From a virus: a stretch of DNA of 64,000 nt. The notes beneath the pieces were generated by a model that was given only the letters and a program-made list of their open reading frames with translations, had not been told where the DNA came from and made no database searches. The position numbers were made by a program, and so were the translations under genes. The DNA is taken from positions 12,534 to 76,533 of IMG/VR virus record IMGVR_UViG_3300048587_001155, one strand, 5' to 3'. Shown here piece by piece: positions 48,299 to 57,321 of this stretch; position 1 is the stretch's first letter; the number at the start of each line of letters is the position of its first letter.

Positions 48299-48312
48299 AG
48301 TTCCCCCATGGA

Positions 48313-49137
48313 CTACAGCGAGAACGTCTTCCCGTTGACGAGCAGGCTTCCTACTCCGACGCCTGACGGAATGTTGATGGTGATTTGACCCGTAGGCGTT
48401 GGACCGACCGGAGGGACTTTCGACGAAGGGCCATAAAGCGCCACCGCATCGGCGATATCCGCCGCGAGAGGCTGATAGACGTTGGCCGAGTAGATCGGAT
48501 TCATCAGCGCCTTCGCTTGATTCGCGGCAGTATGCCGGAACCCGATCGCATGGCCAATCTCGTGCGTGGCAACCGCCAAGAGGAGAATCGCGCCGTTCGC
48601 CGTGGTGACTCCGAACGTCTCATCCAGGTCGTAGACCTGATTGAGTTGAGTGTCCGGGCGTGCTCCGTCCGGCAGTTCACTCCATGCGAGAACCCCCATC
48701 GGTCCGTCGAATCCAGCTCGCTTTCCTTTCCCGGTCGTCATGATGACGTTGGCACCGGCCGCGCCCATGACTTCTATCGGCCTGAGTCCGCAGACCGCGC
48801 CCCATGCCGCCCACGCCTGTCGATACACCTGGCGAGCTTGGTCCGAAGTAAGACCGTTGGGAGTCGCCTGAATGTAATACTTGACGTCCATCATCGGCCA
48901 TTTGCAGCCAGCCGTGGTGATCGTCTGAATGTCCGGAAGGCCGCAACCGCACGTCATTCGCTTCAGAAAGGCACGCTGCGTAATGCTCCCGGCATTCCCG
49001 TCCTCAGTGAGCCCTTGGTAATGCTGAAAGGATTTGACCGCCTCTTCTAGCTCGCCATCTTTCTTCTTTTCGAAGAAGTCTTTAGCGAGATGACCGAGGG
49101 AGATCAGTCCATTGATCAATTGCAATTCCGTGAGCAT
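48313..49137 (-). CDS. Matrixin (M10A, MMP-like) zinc metalloprotease with pro-domain
   Basis: AVKSFQ...GL..DG....T (PGBD-like pro-domain), CGLPD cysteine switch, FDGPMGVLA, HEIGHAIGFRH, ALMNP Met-turn, D....LYG. Confidence 0.92.
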   Translation of the reverse strand: MLTELQLINGLISLGHLAKDFFEKKKDGELEEAVKSFQHYQGLTEDGNAGSITQRAFLKRMTCGCGLPDIQTITTAGCKWPMMDVKYYIQATPNGLTSDQARQVYRQAWAAWGAVCGLRPIEVMGAAGANVIMTTGKGKRAGFDGPMGVLAWSELPDGARPDTQLNQVYDLDETFGVTTANGAILLLAVATHEIGHAIGFRHTAANQAKALMNPIYSANVYQPLAADIADAVALYGPSSKVPPVGPTPTGQITINIPSGVGVGSLLVNGKTFSL

Positions 49138-49186
49138 CGCAAACCCTTTCAGCTATATCCCTGTTTCGTAACGCCGTGAACGATGA

Positions 49187-49654
49187 TCACTTCTTGATGA
49201 GAAGCGGAATCAAGGTCGGACCGTACTGGACGATGAAGGTGAAGATCTTGTCCCAAGGAATATCCTTGAGAACCTTGAGGGCCTCCCGGCGGTCGACAAT
49301 CTCTGCCTGAAAGACAGGTCGAGCTTCATCGGACGTGTGGTTATCCACGAACGTCTGCATGGCTTCGACGAACTCAGGAATGAGCACCGTCGGCTGAGCA
49401 ATGAGGAATTGAACGTCCGGAGTGGCGATCGGTCCCGAGGGAGATCCATCAGCCGGCGGTTCCCCGACGAATAAATTGAGGCCGTAACCCCACAGAATGT
49501 GCAGATTCTTCAAGATCAAGGGGATGTTGTCGGTGATCTTCCCTTCCCGGAAGATCGCGAGCAGCGCCAAAGCCTCATTGATCGGAGGCTTGGTCGGATA
49601 CGGATAGTTGGTCGGTTCCGTGGTCGTCAATTCTTCGGTCTTATCCTGGGTCAT
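49187..49654 (-). CDS. Hypothetical membrane-associated protein
   Basis: YP..P...E...R...I...GY motif; amphipathic C-terminus IPWDKIFTFIVQYGPTLIPLL. Confidence 0.65.
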   Translation of the reverse strand: MTQDKTEELTTTEPTNYPYPTKPPINEALALLAIFREGKITDNIPLILKNLHILWGYGLNLFVGEPPADGSPSGPIATPDVQFLIAQPTVLIPEFVEAMQTFVDNHTSDEARPVFQAEIVDRREALKVLKDIPWDKIFTFIVQYGPTLIPLLIKK

Positions 49655-49672
49655 CGAACAGTCCTTAAATGG

Positions 49673-50014
49673 TCAAGACGAAGACTTCGGCAGAGATGTC
49701 TGAAGCTTCGCGATGACGGAACTCACTTCTCGGAAAGCAACCGTGTTGTCGGTGATCACCTGCTGTTGCGCGATCACCATATTCTCAAGCTTCGTCCGTA
49801 CCTCGTTCTCGAGCAGATCGATCCGTTTCCCCATCCGCTCCTCACGAGCCACCGATTGATTGGTGAAGTCGTCGAGCTGTTTCGTCGAACGAGCTATCTG
49901 ATCCTCCTCTCGTTTGGTCGCTCGATCGTGGTACACCTTGTTCTGCAGGAAATACGCGACGGCGATAAAGCCCAGAACGCCGTATTGCATGAGCACATCG
50001 GATCCACCATCCAC
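49673..50014 (-). CDS. Holin-like protein (N-terminal TM plus coiled coil)
   Basis: QYGVLGFIAVAYFL TM segment followed by heptad repeats; SD AAGGAG. Confidence 0.55.
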   Translation of the reverse strand: MDGGSDVLMQYGVLGFIAVAYFLQNKVYHDRATKREEDQIARSTKQLDDFTNQSVAREERMGKRIDLLENEVRTKLENMVIAQQQVITDNTVAFREVSSVIAKLQTSLPKSSS

Positions 50015-50017
50015 GCG

Positions 50018-50344
50018 TTATTCTCCTTCGAGCTTGAGAATGGCCCGATCGACGTGGTCCTTTAGCCAACGCCAAACAGGCAGAACAGGAACAGTCGATG
50101 GATCAGCACCGGAGAGAAGGGCTTCGAGGGTGGAGCATCCGACTTCATCAGATGCGGGTGAAGTATCTTCACCAGGCTGGCTGGGGTCCGTCAGGATGAG
50201 CTTTTGCAGATAACCGATGGATACCCAGCCGCAATGACAGAAGAGCGAACGGCTGGCAAGAATGGAGTTATCCCGAACGCGATTGATGACAACGCCCATC
50301 TCGATCGATGGAGCTTCGCTCGGGTAATTGAGATCTTGTTGCAT
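50018..50344 (-). CDS. Hypothetical protein, probable paralog of 49187-49654
   Basis: NYPSEAP..E.......R...I.......W..IGY; SD GGAGG. Confidence 0.6.
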   Translation of the reverse strand: MQQDLNYPSEAPSIEMGVVINRVRDNSILASRSLFCHCGWVSIGYLQKLILTDPSQPGEDTSPASDEVGCSTLEALLSGADPSTVPVLPVWRWLKDHVDRAILKLEGE

Positions 50345-50413
50345 TCCGCCGCCTCCGGTCATTGGCGACGGCAGAATGCCAAACGAAAGTTTCAAAGGTC
50401 AAGGAGGGCCAAG

Positions 50414-50668
50414 TTAGAAGAGAGTCCCGTCAGGATCTTTCGCTTTCTTCCCTGTAAACAGATCGCGAATCTTTGACGCGCGTTTGATGTAGGTTGCTAA
50501 TCTCTCTTCACGCTTTTCCGCCGCGTCCGCATTCGTTCTCGATCGTCCGGCTCCCGACCTCACTTCGTGCCCAAATACTGCTGTTTCCTCCCGATGAATC
50601 GATGCAGGAAGATTCCCCGCCCATTTGTTTGCCGACGTTGAACGATCAACACGCACAACCATCGCCAT
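50414..50668 (-). CDS. Small hypothetical protein
   Basis: SD AAGGA; 84 aa. Confidence 0.6.
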   Translation of the reverse strand: MAMVVRVDRSTSANKWAGNLPASIHREETAVFGHEVRSGAGRSRTNADAAEKREERLATYIKRASKIRDLFTGKKAKDPDGTLF

Positions 50669-50694
50669 GAGATTTCCTTTCCGCGAGAGTTAAC

Positions 50695-50883
50695 TTAGGC
50701 CTTCGATTCGAGTTTCTTTCCCACCTCCTCACAAAAGACGAGCACACTCATATCGTCCGACGCCGTCAGGGCATGCTCTAAGATTCTGGATTGGACCCAA
50801 AGAAGTGCCTCCCGGTAACCACTCTCATACAAGAGCACGCCACTGAGGGTTACTTCCCGTCGAGGAGCTTTCTTCTTTGCCAT
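50695..50883 (-). CDS. Small hypothetical protein
   Basis: ATG 2 nt after the upstream stop codon. Confidence 0.5.
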   Translation of the reverse strand: MAKKKAPRREVTLSGVLLYESGYREALLWVQSRILEHALTASDDMSVLVFCEEVGKKLESKA

Positions 50884-50885
50884 AA

Positions 50886-51080
50886 CTACTTCACTTTGAA
50901 CAGATTGCCGCACGGAATAAAGACGAGCTTCCCATTGATAAGTATTCCGTGATTCCGGCAACGTCTCGCGTGGCAGATGATGTGAACGGTTCCGAGGTAA
51001 TCGTGGTACGGCATCATCGAAGAGTAATGTTTGCCGTAGCGAATGCGGACCAACTGGCCTGGGGTGGGATTGGCAAGCAT
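50886..51080 (-). CDS. Small SH3-like beta protein (hypothetical)
   Basis: PGQLVRI.Y ... GTV ... H.I.I.G....IP.GNL. Confidence 0.5.
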   Translation of the reverse strand: MLANPTPGQLVRIRYGKHYSSMMPYHDYLGTVHIICHARRCRNHGILINGKLVFIPCGNLFKVK

Positions 51081-51415
51081 GGGGGGGAACCTTCGAATCG
51101 ACCGAGTCAAATCATTCTGTGAGCAATGCTGGCAGTCATCAAGGTCGAGTAACTCAGGGAGTTTGAATTCGACAGCGAACACTGGCAAGTTAAGAACATC
51201 CTGAATATTCCTGATGCGGTGAGCGATGCGGAGCCCATGCCCGAGCGTTCCCAACAGGCAGCATCGAAAGATCCGCAACCATTCGTTTCGTTTGGACAGA
51301 CTCCGTATCGCTCACACTCCTCAACGACACTTGCTTTGGTATCCTCCGAGCGAGCTGTGGCATTCAAGAATTTCCTCTCATAGAATCTCGTTCGGCAAGG
51401 CGGAGTAGCTACCGC

Positions 51416-51494
51416 CTCATGCACCGGCTCGGCGGCCTCAGCGTTCCAAACCTCGCGGAAGCCGCCGGCCGATGCTGCCATATGAGGTTTGGAA
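51416..51494 (+). promoter_or_regulatory. Long hairpin whose loop is complementary to the downstream SD (or decayed attC)
   Basis: Stem 51421-51475; TTCCAAACCTC (51444-54) is the reverse complement of GAGGTTTGGAA (51484-94), just before ATG 51497. Confidence 0.5.
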
Positions 51495-51496
51495 AC

Positions 51497-53005
51497 ATGT
51501 CACATCCCGATGCCGATTTTACACCCGCTGGTGAATCTGAACTCAACGATGTCTCGAACATCACTTTGAGTGTGAAGTGGGATGAAGTCTTGAGTTGCGC
51601 AAGTAACTTACTTGGAAATATGAATTGTTGGCAATTCTCGGGAGGCCTTCACGATGATGAAGCGAGCCTGCAGAATCTCTGGCTCTCTTGCTCGCGGTTT
51701 GAAAAGGCGATAAATCCCCATCGATTCCAAAGGGAAGTCGTCGACGCCATTTCGCGAGTCGCGTTTTTGCCCCCTTGGGCCCGAGCATTTACGGGACATC
51801 TTCCATTTCCAGACAGGCATCTCATAAAGCCGGACTACAAACAATCGCTGGCAATGTTGATGCTCCCAATGTTGCTAAGGGAGTTTTTGGAAATCATTGA
51901 CAGACTTGGATGGTCATCTCTCATCGACAGCCGTTCCGGTCACAGTGGCGACTTCGCAGTGGCTTGTTCTTCATCCGATGTCGACGAAATTCGGAACAGG
52001 TTTGGCGAATCGTTACAGATAGCGATAAAGCTGCGGCCTTGGGTAGCCGGTTCGTTGTCAGAGGAAGTACGAAAGGTCTGGGAAGGTTACTTAACATACG
52101 AATGCGGCATAAAACAGGTATGCCCCTCCGACGCAAACAGTCATGACAAGAGAAGCGATAAGAGGAAGGATTCAGCAGTTTGCCACTCTCACACTTCGAT
52201 TCGGTCTACCAATGCACTTCGGCGCGCACAAGATCTATCGAAAGGTTTTGCCATAGTTATGGACGAACCCGATTGGCGACCGCTTGGTATTAAGCTTGTC
52301 TGGGATTGCGCGATTGCCTTCGAGAGAGAAGTTAATCCAAATCGGTTTGCGGCAGATGAGTGGTTTTGGCAAGAAGAAATCCAAGGTGACAACAATCCAA
52401 TAGGCGCGGCTGCATTGGAATCAGTAATTCATTGGTTCACGCAATTCCTTGAACCAATTGGATGGTTGTGGATAATCGGCTGCGATAGACCTGAAGAAAC
52501 TCCAATTGCTGACGCGTTTCCTCCTCAGATACCACGACTTGCCGATGGAAGCCTAGCGGTTAGCAGCGATTCTTTCTATGCTCTGGGGGCATTTCTAAGT
52601 CCACCCGAATTGAAAGAACAAATGATTAGGTTCAACGAATCCGTCAGTAAATGGGAACGGATTGAATGCCCTACTGAGAAGAATGATGGTTCAAATGAGA
52701 GGGCAGGACATTCATCGGACCGCTGCAACTCGGGACAGTTCAATCTCAAGACAAAAAAGGTAGTACGAACCGGACGTCCTCCTTTGACCGAAGAACAAAT
52801 GAAGCAGCGTCGAGATGTGGTTGGTGAGGCACGCCAAATCTGCACTGCAACTAGGATTCATTCCGAAGAGCCGACTCTTGGCGAGATACACGCCCAGTAT
52901 TTGAGGATACTTAAAACTCGCGGACTTGCAGACTGGCCAACTTCGATCGAGACAGTCCGTAAGCTCGATGATCTCAACCAGAAAATTGCTCAAAACAACA
53001 AATAA
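51497..53005 (+). CDS. Hypothetical protein with possible C-terminal DNA-binding domain
   Basis: About 500 aa; internal repeat (LW.SCSRFEKAINP.RF / VW.CAIAFEREVNP.RF); C-terminal GRPP ... SIETVRK. Confidence 0.7.
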   Translation: MSHPDADFTPAGESELNDVSNITLSVKWDEVLSCASNLLGNMNCWQFSGGLHDDEASLQNLWLSCSRFEKAINPHRFQREVVDAISRVAFLPPWARAFTGHLPFPDRHLIKPDYKQSLAMLMLPMLLREFLEIIDRLGWSSLIDSRSGHSGDFAVACSSSDVDEIRNRFGESLQIAIKLRPWVAGSLSEEVRKVWEGYLTYECGIKQVCPSDANSHDKRSDKRKDSAVCHSHTSIRSTNALRRAQDLSKGFAIVMDEPDWRPLGIKLVWDCAIAFEREVNPNRFAADEWFWQEEIQGDNNPIGAAALESVIHWFTQFLEPIGWLWIIGCDRPEETPIADAFPPQIPRLADGSLAVSSDSFYALGAFLSPPELKEQMIRFNESVSKWERIECPTEKNDGSNERAGHSSDRCNSGQFNLKTKKVVRTGRPPLTEEQMKQRRDVVGEARQICTATRIHSEEPTLGEIHAQYLRILKTRGLADWPTSIETVRKLDDLNQKIAQNNK

Positions 53006-53029
53006 ACTCAATGAAATAAGTTGGTGCTA

Positions 53030-53060
53030 GTCGCAAATGATTTTGCGACGATGATTTGCG
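53030..53060. promoter_or_regulatory. Operator-like inverted repeat GTCGCAAA-TGAT-TTTGCGAC plus an extra half site
   Basis: Perfect 8-bp arms in the intergenic region upstream of the excisionase-like genes. Confidence 0.55.
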
Positions 53061-53173
53061 TGCAGATCGCGTAACAATTAAATTGTCACCCAATTCTGTC
53101 ATCTTGCGATCGCGGATTCCCCACTTACATTGTGCTCCGTGCGACGATCGTTGCGTCGCTCAAGGAGTAAGCA

Positions 53174-53407
53174 ATGACGAAACGGCCACCCAAGCATTAC
53201 GAAACTGCCGGCAGTATTGCCGCGACTTTTGGACTCCCAATTAGCCATGTTCAGCGGATGCTAGACCGCGGGGAGATTCCAACGGCGGCCCGAGCAGCGC
53301 ACATCAGATTAGTCGATCCGAAGCAAATTCCTGCAATTCGAAAACTGCTCATTGAGAAGGGTCGCTTATCTCCCGATGGTCTACCTATCGCGGAGGAAGG
53401 GCGATGA
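53174..53407 (+). CDS. MerR/AlpA-like small HTH protein
   Basis: TAGSIAATFGLPISHVQRMLDRG; SD AAGGAG. Confidence 0.7.
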   Translation: MTKRPPKHYETAGSIAATFGLPISHVQRMLDRGEIPTAARAAHIRLVDPKQIPAIRKLLIEKGRLSPDGLPIAEEGR

Positions 53408-53631
53408 TCCGCACACGAATCGACGACAACGAACTGTTCGACACGGAAGGTGTTTGCGAAGTATTTCATGTGACGAAGCGCACGCTTCAGCGAGAGATCT
53501 CATTGGGGCGGCTCCGGGCCTACCGGCGATCTCGCGGCACGTATTTTCTCGGGCGAGACCTGCTCGCTTGGCTTGAGCAGGGCGAGTATCGTCCAAATCA
53601 ACTCGATGAAGACCCGGACGTCGATCTTTAA
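53404..53631 (+). CDS. Excisionase-like HTH_17 protein
   Basis: LFDTEGVCEVFHVTKRTLQREISLGRL.A ... DL.AWL. Confidence 0.8.
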   Translation: MIRTRIDDNELFDTEGVCEVFHVTKRTLQREISLGRLRAYRRSRGTYFLGRDLLAWLEQGEYRPNQLDEDPDVDL

Positions 53632-53776
53632 AGCCGGACACTCTAATCAGTCAACACGTCCCCAGCGTATCGAAATCAACTCATGTCCCCTCGAGGGGGT
53701 GATCATCAGTGCGAAGCAAAAACGGCGCTGCCAGGTTGGACCCCTGAGCATCGCCTCAGAACCGAAGGACTTGAAA

Positions 53777-54088
53777 ATGGTATCGCGAAGGTATTCGCGC
53801 AGCAAGATGCCGCGCAATGGCTGGAAGCAGCTGGATTGGCGCGGCGAATTATTCAAGGGATCTCGAAGCTATCTTGCTACACACCGTATTTCTCTCCGGT
53901 GCGAAGAGACACCGCGCGAGCATCTCGTAGTTTGGGTGGCCGAGAGCAAAGGATCACGCCGTTCCCTTGGAAAATACTTGAGTTGGTGCGGTCAGATAAT
54001 CGATCGCGATGGACATCGAACCCCTCATCCTTGCACCATCCAACAATTTCTTGATTCGGTAATTGCGACAGCGAAAGAGGTGTCGTAG
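53777..54088 (+). CDS. Hypothetical protein
   Basis: SD AAGGA; ends 2 nt before the primase start. Confidence 0.55.
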   Translation: MVSRRYSRSKMPRNGWKQLDWRGELFKGSRSYLATHRISLRCEETPREHLVVWVAESKGSRRSLGKYLSWCGQIIDRDGHRTPHPCTIQQFLDSVIATAKEVS

Positions 54089-54090
54089 CG

Positions 54091-56505
54091 ATGGCGAAAC
54101 GCACATCATCTTCCATGCGTTGTGAGCCCAACTTCTCGGAGATTCCTCAAGATTTGTTGAGTCTCGATCAGTGGGTTTTGTGGCGAAAGATGCGCCGAGA
54201 CGGAAGGATGGCAAAGCTCCCGATTTGTGTTGCCGATCCATTATCTGCCGCTGACGTGTCCAACTCATCAACATGGAGCTCGTCAGAGAGAGCGATTAGC
54301 CAATACAAGGCTCTTCTCTCGTCTACAAATCCGATGACCGGCATTGGCTTTGTCTTCTCGGCCGACGACGGCTTTGCCGGCATCGACATTGACGACTGCA
54401 GAGATGCTAAGACAGGGCTCATCTCGCTTTGGGCCCGGCGAATCATCGATAAGTTCGGTAGCTACACCGAGGTGTCTCCGAGTGGAACAGGCGTTAAGAT
54501 CTTCGTCCGTGCAGAACTTCCCGGAGCGGGCTTTCGATCCCAAGTAACGGCCGACGGCGATCGCTGGACAAAGCAGTGCAGCGATCCCAAGGCCAGCGAG
54601 ATCGAGATTTACGATCAGAACCGTTACTTCACGGTCACTGGCCGCAAGCTCAAGAACACAACATCTGAGATCCGATTTTGCCAGGACGAACTCGACGAGC
54701 TGGTGAGCAAGTATTTTCGCCGTCCGACGAAGGCGTGCCGAGTCAATGGCCTTCACAAGGGATTGAACCCTTCGCCGTCGGACGATGAGCTTCTCGAAAA
54801 GGCACGATCAGCAGCTAACGGCGACAAGTTCGTGAGTCTCTTCGCCGGGGACATCAAGGGATATCCGTCGCAATCTGAGGCCGATCAGGCACTCTGCAAC
54901 ATGCTTGCCCATTGGAGCAAAGGAGATGAAGCACAGATCGATCGAATGTTTCGCCGATCAGGTCTAATGCGATCCAAATGGGATCGAAAGGACTACAGGC
55001 AACGAACGATTGGAAGAGCAATTGAACAATCTGCGTACCAAATGCCAGGACACTCCCATACAGATCTCAAAGATGCTGGCGGCAACACCGAATGTAATTT
55101 CCCTGGAGGAGATACTCGTCCCCAAGCACTTCGTTGCACCGATACCGCGAATGCCGAACGCCTCAATCGATTGTGTTTCAACAACGTTAAGTATGTCTCC
55201 GAATGGAAACGGTTCATTGAGTGGGATGGAAGGCGATGGAAGATCGTTGATGACATCGTCATCCAAGATCGCGCGAAAAAGGTATCGGTGTTGATTTTTG
55301 AGGATGCTCTGAAGCTATCGGGTGATGAGCAGCAAAAGCTCATGTCATGGGCTAGGCAGTCTGCGAATGCGCCGCGTATCGAGGCGATGGTGAAACTTCT
55401 TCGACCGATGGTCTCGATGGACGCGACGGCGTTAGATCGAGATCCATGGCTTCTTAATTGTCCGAACGGCACCTTGGATCTTCGGGACGGCCAATTGCAA
55501 CCTCACCGGAGAGAGAATTTCATCACAAAGCTGTGTCCAACAGACTTCAATCCGAATGCGAGATCCCCATTCTTCGAGGCAGCCGTCTCCAAGATTTTCA
55601 GGGGAGACGATCAACCTGAATTGGTCGATTTTTTCCAGCGTATATGTGGTTACATGCTCACCGGCGATGTCAGCGAGCAAGTCATGTTTATCTTCTGGGG
55701 AAATGGGTCTAACGGAAAATCGATGATCACAGAACTGATTCTGTCGATCATGGGACAAGACTACTCGCGAAAGGCACCGCACAACTTCTTAACGACGAGT
55801 AAGACCGAGCGCCACCCTACCGAGCTTGCAGATCTTTTCGGTAAGAGATTTGTTGTGGCCACGGAAACCGATGACGGCCGAAAACTTGCGGAGGCCTGCG
55901 TCAAGGAGCTCACTGGGGCGGATACAATCACTGCGCGTCGAATGCATCAGGATAACTGGAGTTTTCGTCCGACACATAAGCTTGTACTCGTCACAAACTA
56001 TCCTCCCACGGTACATGGAACAGAGGATGGCATCTGGCGCCGATTAGTAATCATTCCATTCACCGAACGCTTCTGGGATTCCGAAAAGGGGGAGTCAGGT
56101 CCGAGTAATCGAAAGATGGATAAACGTCTCCTTCGAAATCTCGAACAAGATTCATCAGCAATCCTGGCATGGATGGTCCGCGGCTGCCAGCAATGGCAAC
56201 AATTTCGAGGTCTCCGAATCCCGCCATGCGTTCTAAGTGCGATGCAGGAATACCGTGATGCCGAGGATCTGATTCGCTCCTTCATCGAAGATCGTTGCGT
56301 CATCAACAAAGATGCTCGAGTAAAGACAAGCGATCTTTATTCGGCATATCGCGACTGGTCAAAAATCAACGGAGAAGATTCGCTTCGTCAAGTCGCTTTC
56401 GGTGATCGCCTTACAAAACTGGGATTTACTTCTCATCGCGGCGCCCAGGGAGTTCGTTACCGACTCGGTATCGAACTAGAAGTATCCACAGGGGGGGGGA
56501 CTTAG
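54091..56505 (+). CDS. P4-family primase-polymerase / SF3 (D5-like) helicase
   Basis: GIDID, TEVSPSGTG, EIY...RY.T.TG, SEAD, LLNCPNGTLDL, Walker A GNGSNGKS, KELTGAD.ITAR. Confidence 0.92.
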   Translation: MAKRTSSSMRCEPNFSEIPQDLLSLDQWVLWRKMRRDGRMAKLPICVADPLSAADVSNSSTWSSSERAISQYKALLSSTNPMTGIGFVFSADDGFAGIDIDDCRDAKTGLISLWARRIIDKFGSYTEVSPSGTGVKIFVRAELPGAGFRSQVTADGDRWTKQCSDPKASEIEIYDQNRYFTVTGRKLKNTTSEIRFCQDELDELVSKYFRRPTKACRVNGLHKGLNPSPSDDELLEKARSAANGDKFVSLFAGDIKGYPSQSEADQALCNMLAHWSKGDEAQIDRMFRRSGLMRSKWDRKDYRQRTIGRAIEQSAYQMPGHSHTDLKDAGGNTECNFPGGDTRPQALRCTDTANAERLNRLCFNNVKYVSEWKRFIEWDGRRWKIVDDIVIQDRAKKVSVLIFEDALKLSGDEQQKLMSWARQSANAPRIEAMVKLLRPMVSMDATALDRDPWLLNCPNGTLDLRDGQLQPHRRENFITKLCPTDFNPNARSPFFEAAVSKIFRGDDQPELVDFFQRICGYMLTGDVSEQVMFIFWGNGSNGKSMITELILSIMGQDYSRKAPHNFLTTSKTERHPTELADLFGKRFVVATETDDGRKLAEACVKELTGADTITARRMHQDNWSFRPTHKLVLVTNYPPTVHGTEDGIWRRLVIIPFTERFWDSEKGESGPSNRKMDKRLLRNLEQDSSAILAWMVRGCQQWQQFRGLRIPPCVLSAMQEYRDAEDLIRSFIEDRCVINKDARVKTSDLYSAYRDWSKINGEDSLRQVAFGDRLTKLGFTSHRGAQGVRYRLGIELEVSTGGGT

Positions 56506-56599
56506 GTGACGCAGGTGACGTGTTTTTAGGTTTCTTCCCTATGTGACACGAACATAAGAGAAATATGGAAAAGTCTGTCACTTACGTCACCAACGTCAC
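56504..56599. repeat. Iteron-like inverted array, candidate replication origin
   Basis: GTGAC at 56506, 56515 and 56543 facing GTCAC at 56577, 56586 and 56595 (9-bp period) around an AT-rich core. Confidence 0.7.
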
Positions 56600-56653
56600 T
56601 CGGCGATTTGTGGCCTAAGAACGAGATCGGATCGCGAAATGAAGGAGATTGCA

Positions 56654-56983
56654 ATGTCGACGACCGCCACGGATGCCGTTATTCGCTGGACATCCGAGTT
56701 TCAGAAGCTCGTGGGAAAGGATATTTCAGCAACGGAAGCGGTGCGTGAGATCGCGGATTCAAATCCCGGTCTGCACGAAGCATTTGCCGAGGCTTTGGAT
56801 TCGATTCACGTGCATGACGGGGAAAAGATCGACGCCGTCCAGGAAGCAAATCGGCGAATCGCAAAACGGATGCGACGCGGAATGAGCCGGCCAAAAGCGA
56901 TTGCGGCCGTCATGCGCGAGGATCCCGATCTTCATGCGAAATACCTGCACGAACTTGGGAGAGTTGGCGAAGTCGATCGCTGA
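56654..56983 (+). CDS. Hypothetical protein with two helical repeats (S...A.......P.LH)
   Basis: SD AAGGAG; ISATEAVREIADSNPGLHEAF and MSRPKAIAAVMREDPDLHAKY. Confidence 0.7.
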   Translation: MSTTATDAVIRWTSEFQKLVGKDISATEAVREIADSNPGLHEAFAEALDSIHVHDGEKIDAVQEANRRIAKRMRRGMSRPKAIAAVMREDPDLHAKYLHELGRVGEVDR

Positions 56984-57321
56984 CAGGAAACGTGATTCGG
57001 ATCATGTTCCCCGATGAATTGCGTATGCCCTCGGCTCGGAGAGTAGTTCAGAAGGAGGTCCAATGAGAATTGAACAATAAGCGAGCTTCATGTTCGCAAC
57101 TCCCGTCACAAACCTCGAGGCTCATCATTGTCGCCTCGGGCCAGCAGTTCCAAATCCCATGAGTTCTCGAAGTCGGCATACGCCAATGACATCCCACGTG
57201 GATGATCTGCGGAGCGCTGCGCTTTGTCGTTCTCAGTGGGCGAGTCAAAATTCGCGTGTGAAATGCTCAGTCGTTTCCGAGTGGATGATCGCTAGCGAAT
57301 GGAATGAGAGGCAGCAGATGA

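Larger units (their letters stand above)
11660..51100. mobile_element. Podovirus-type prophage (head, short tail and ejection modules); boundaries approximate
   Basis: TerL, portal, scaffold, capsid, adaptor, nozzle and large internal-virion-like genes in colinear order; no tape measure, tail tube or sheath gene recognised. Confidence 0.85.

Noticed and set aside
53141-53154. GCGACGATCGTTGC resembling the operator at 13764 (phage-satellite cross-regulation)
   Set aside because: Needs a mismatch plus an indel in 15 bp; plausible by chance
56491-56499. G9 tract as a phase-variation switch
   Set aside because: It lies in the last codons of the primase, so slippage would change only the extreme C-terminus
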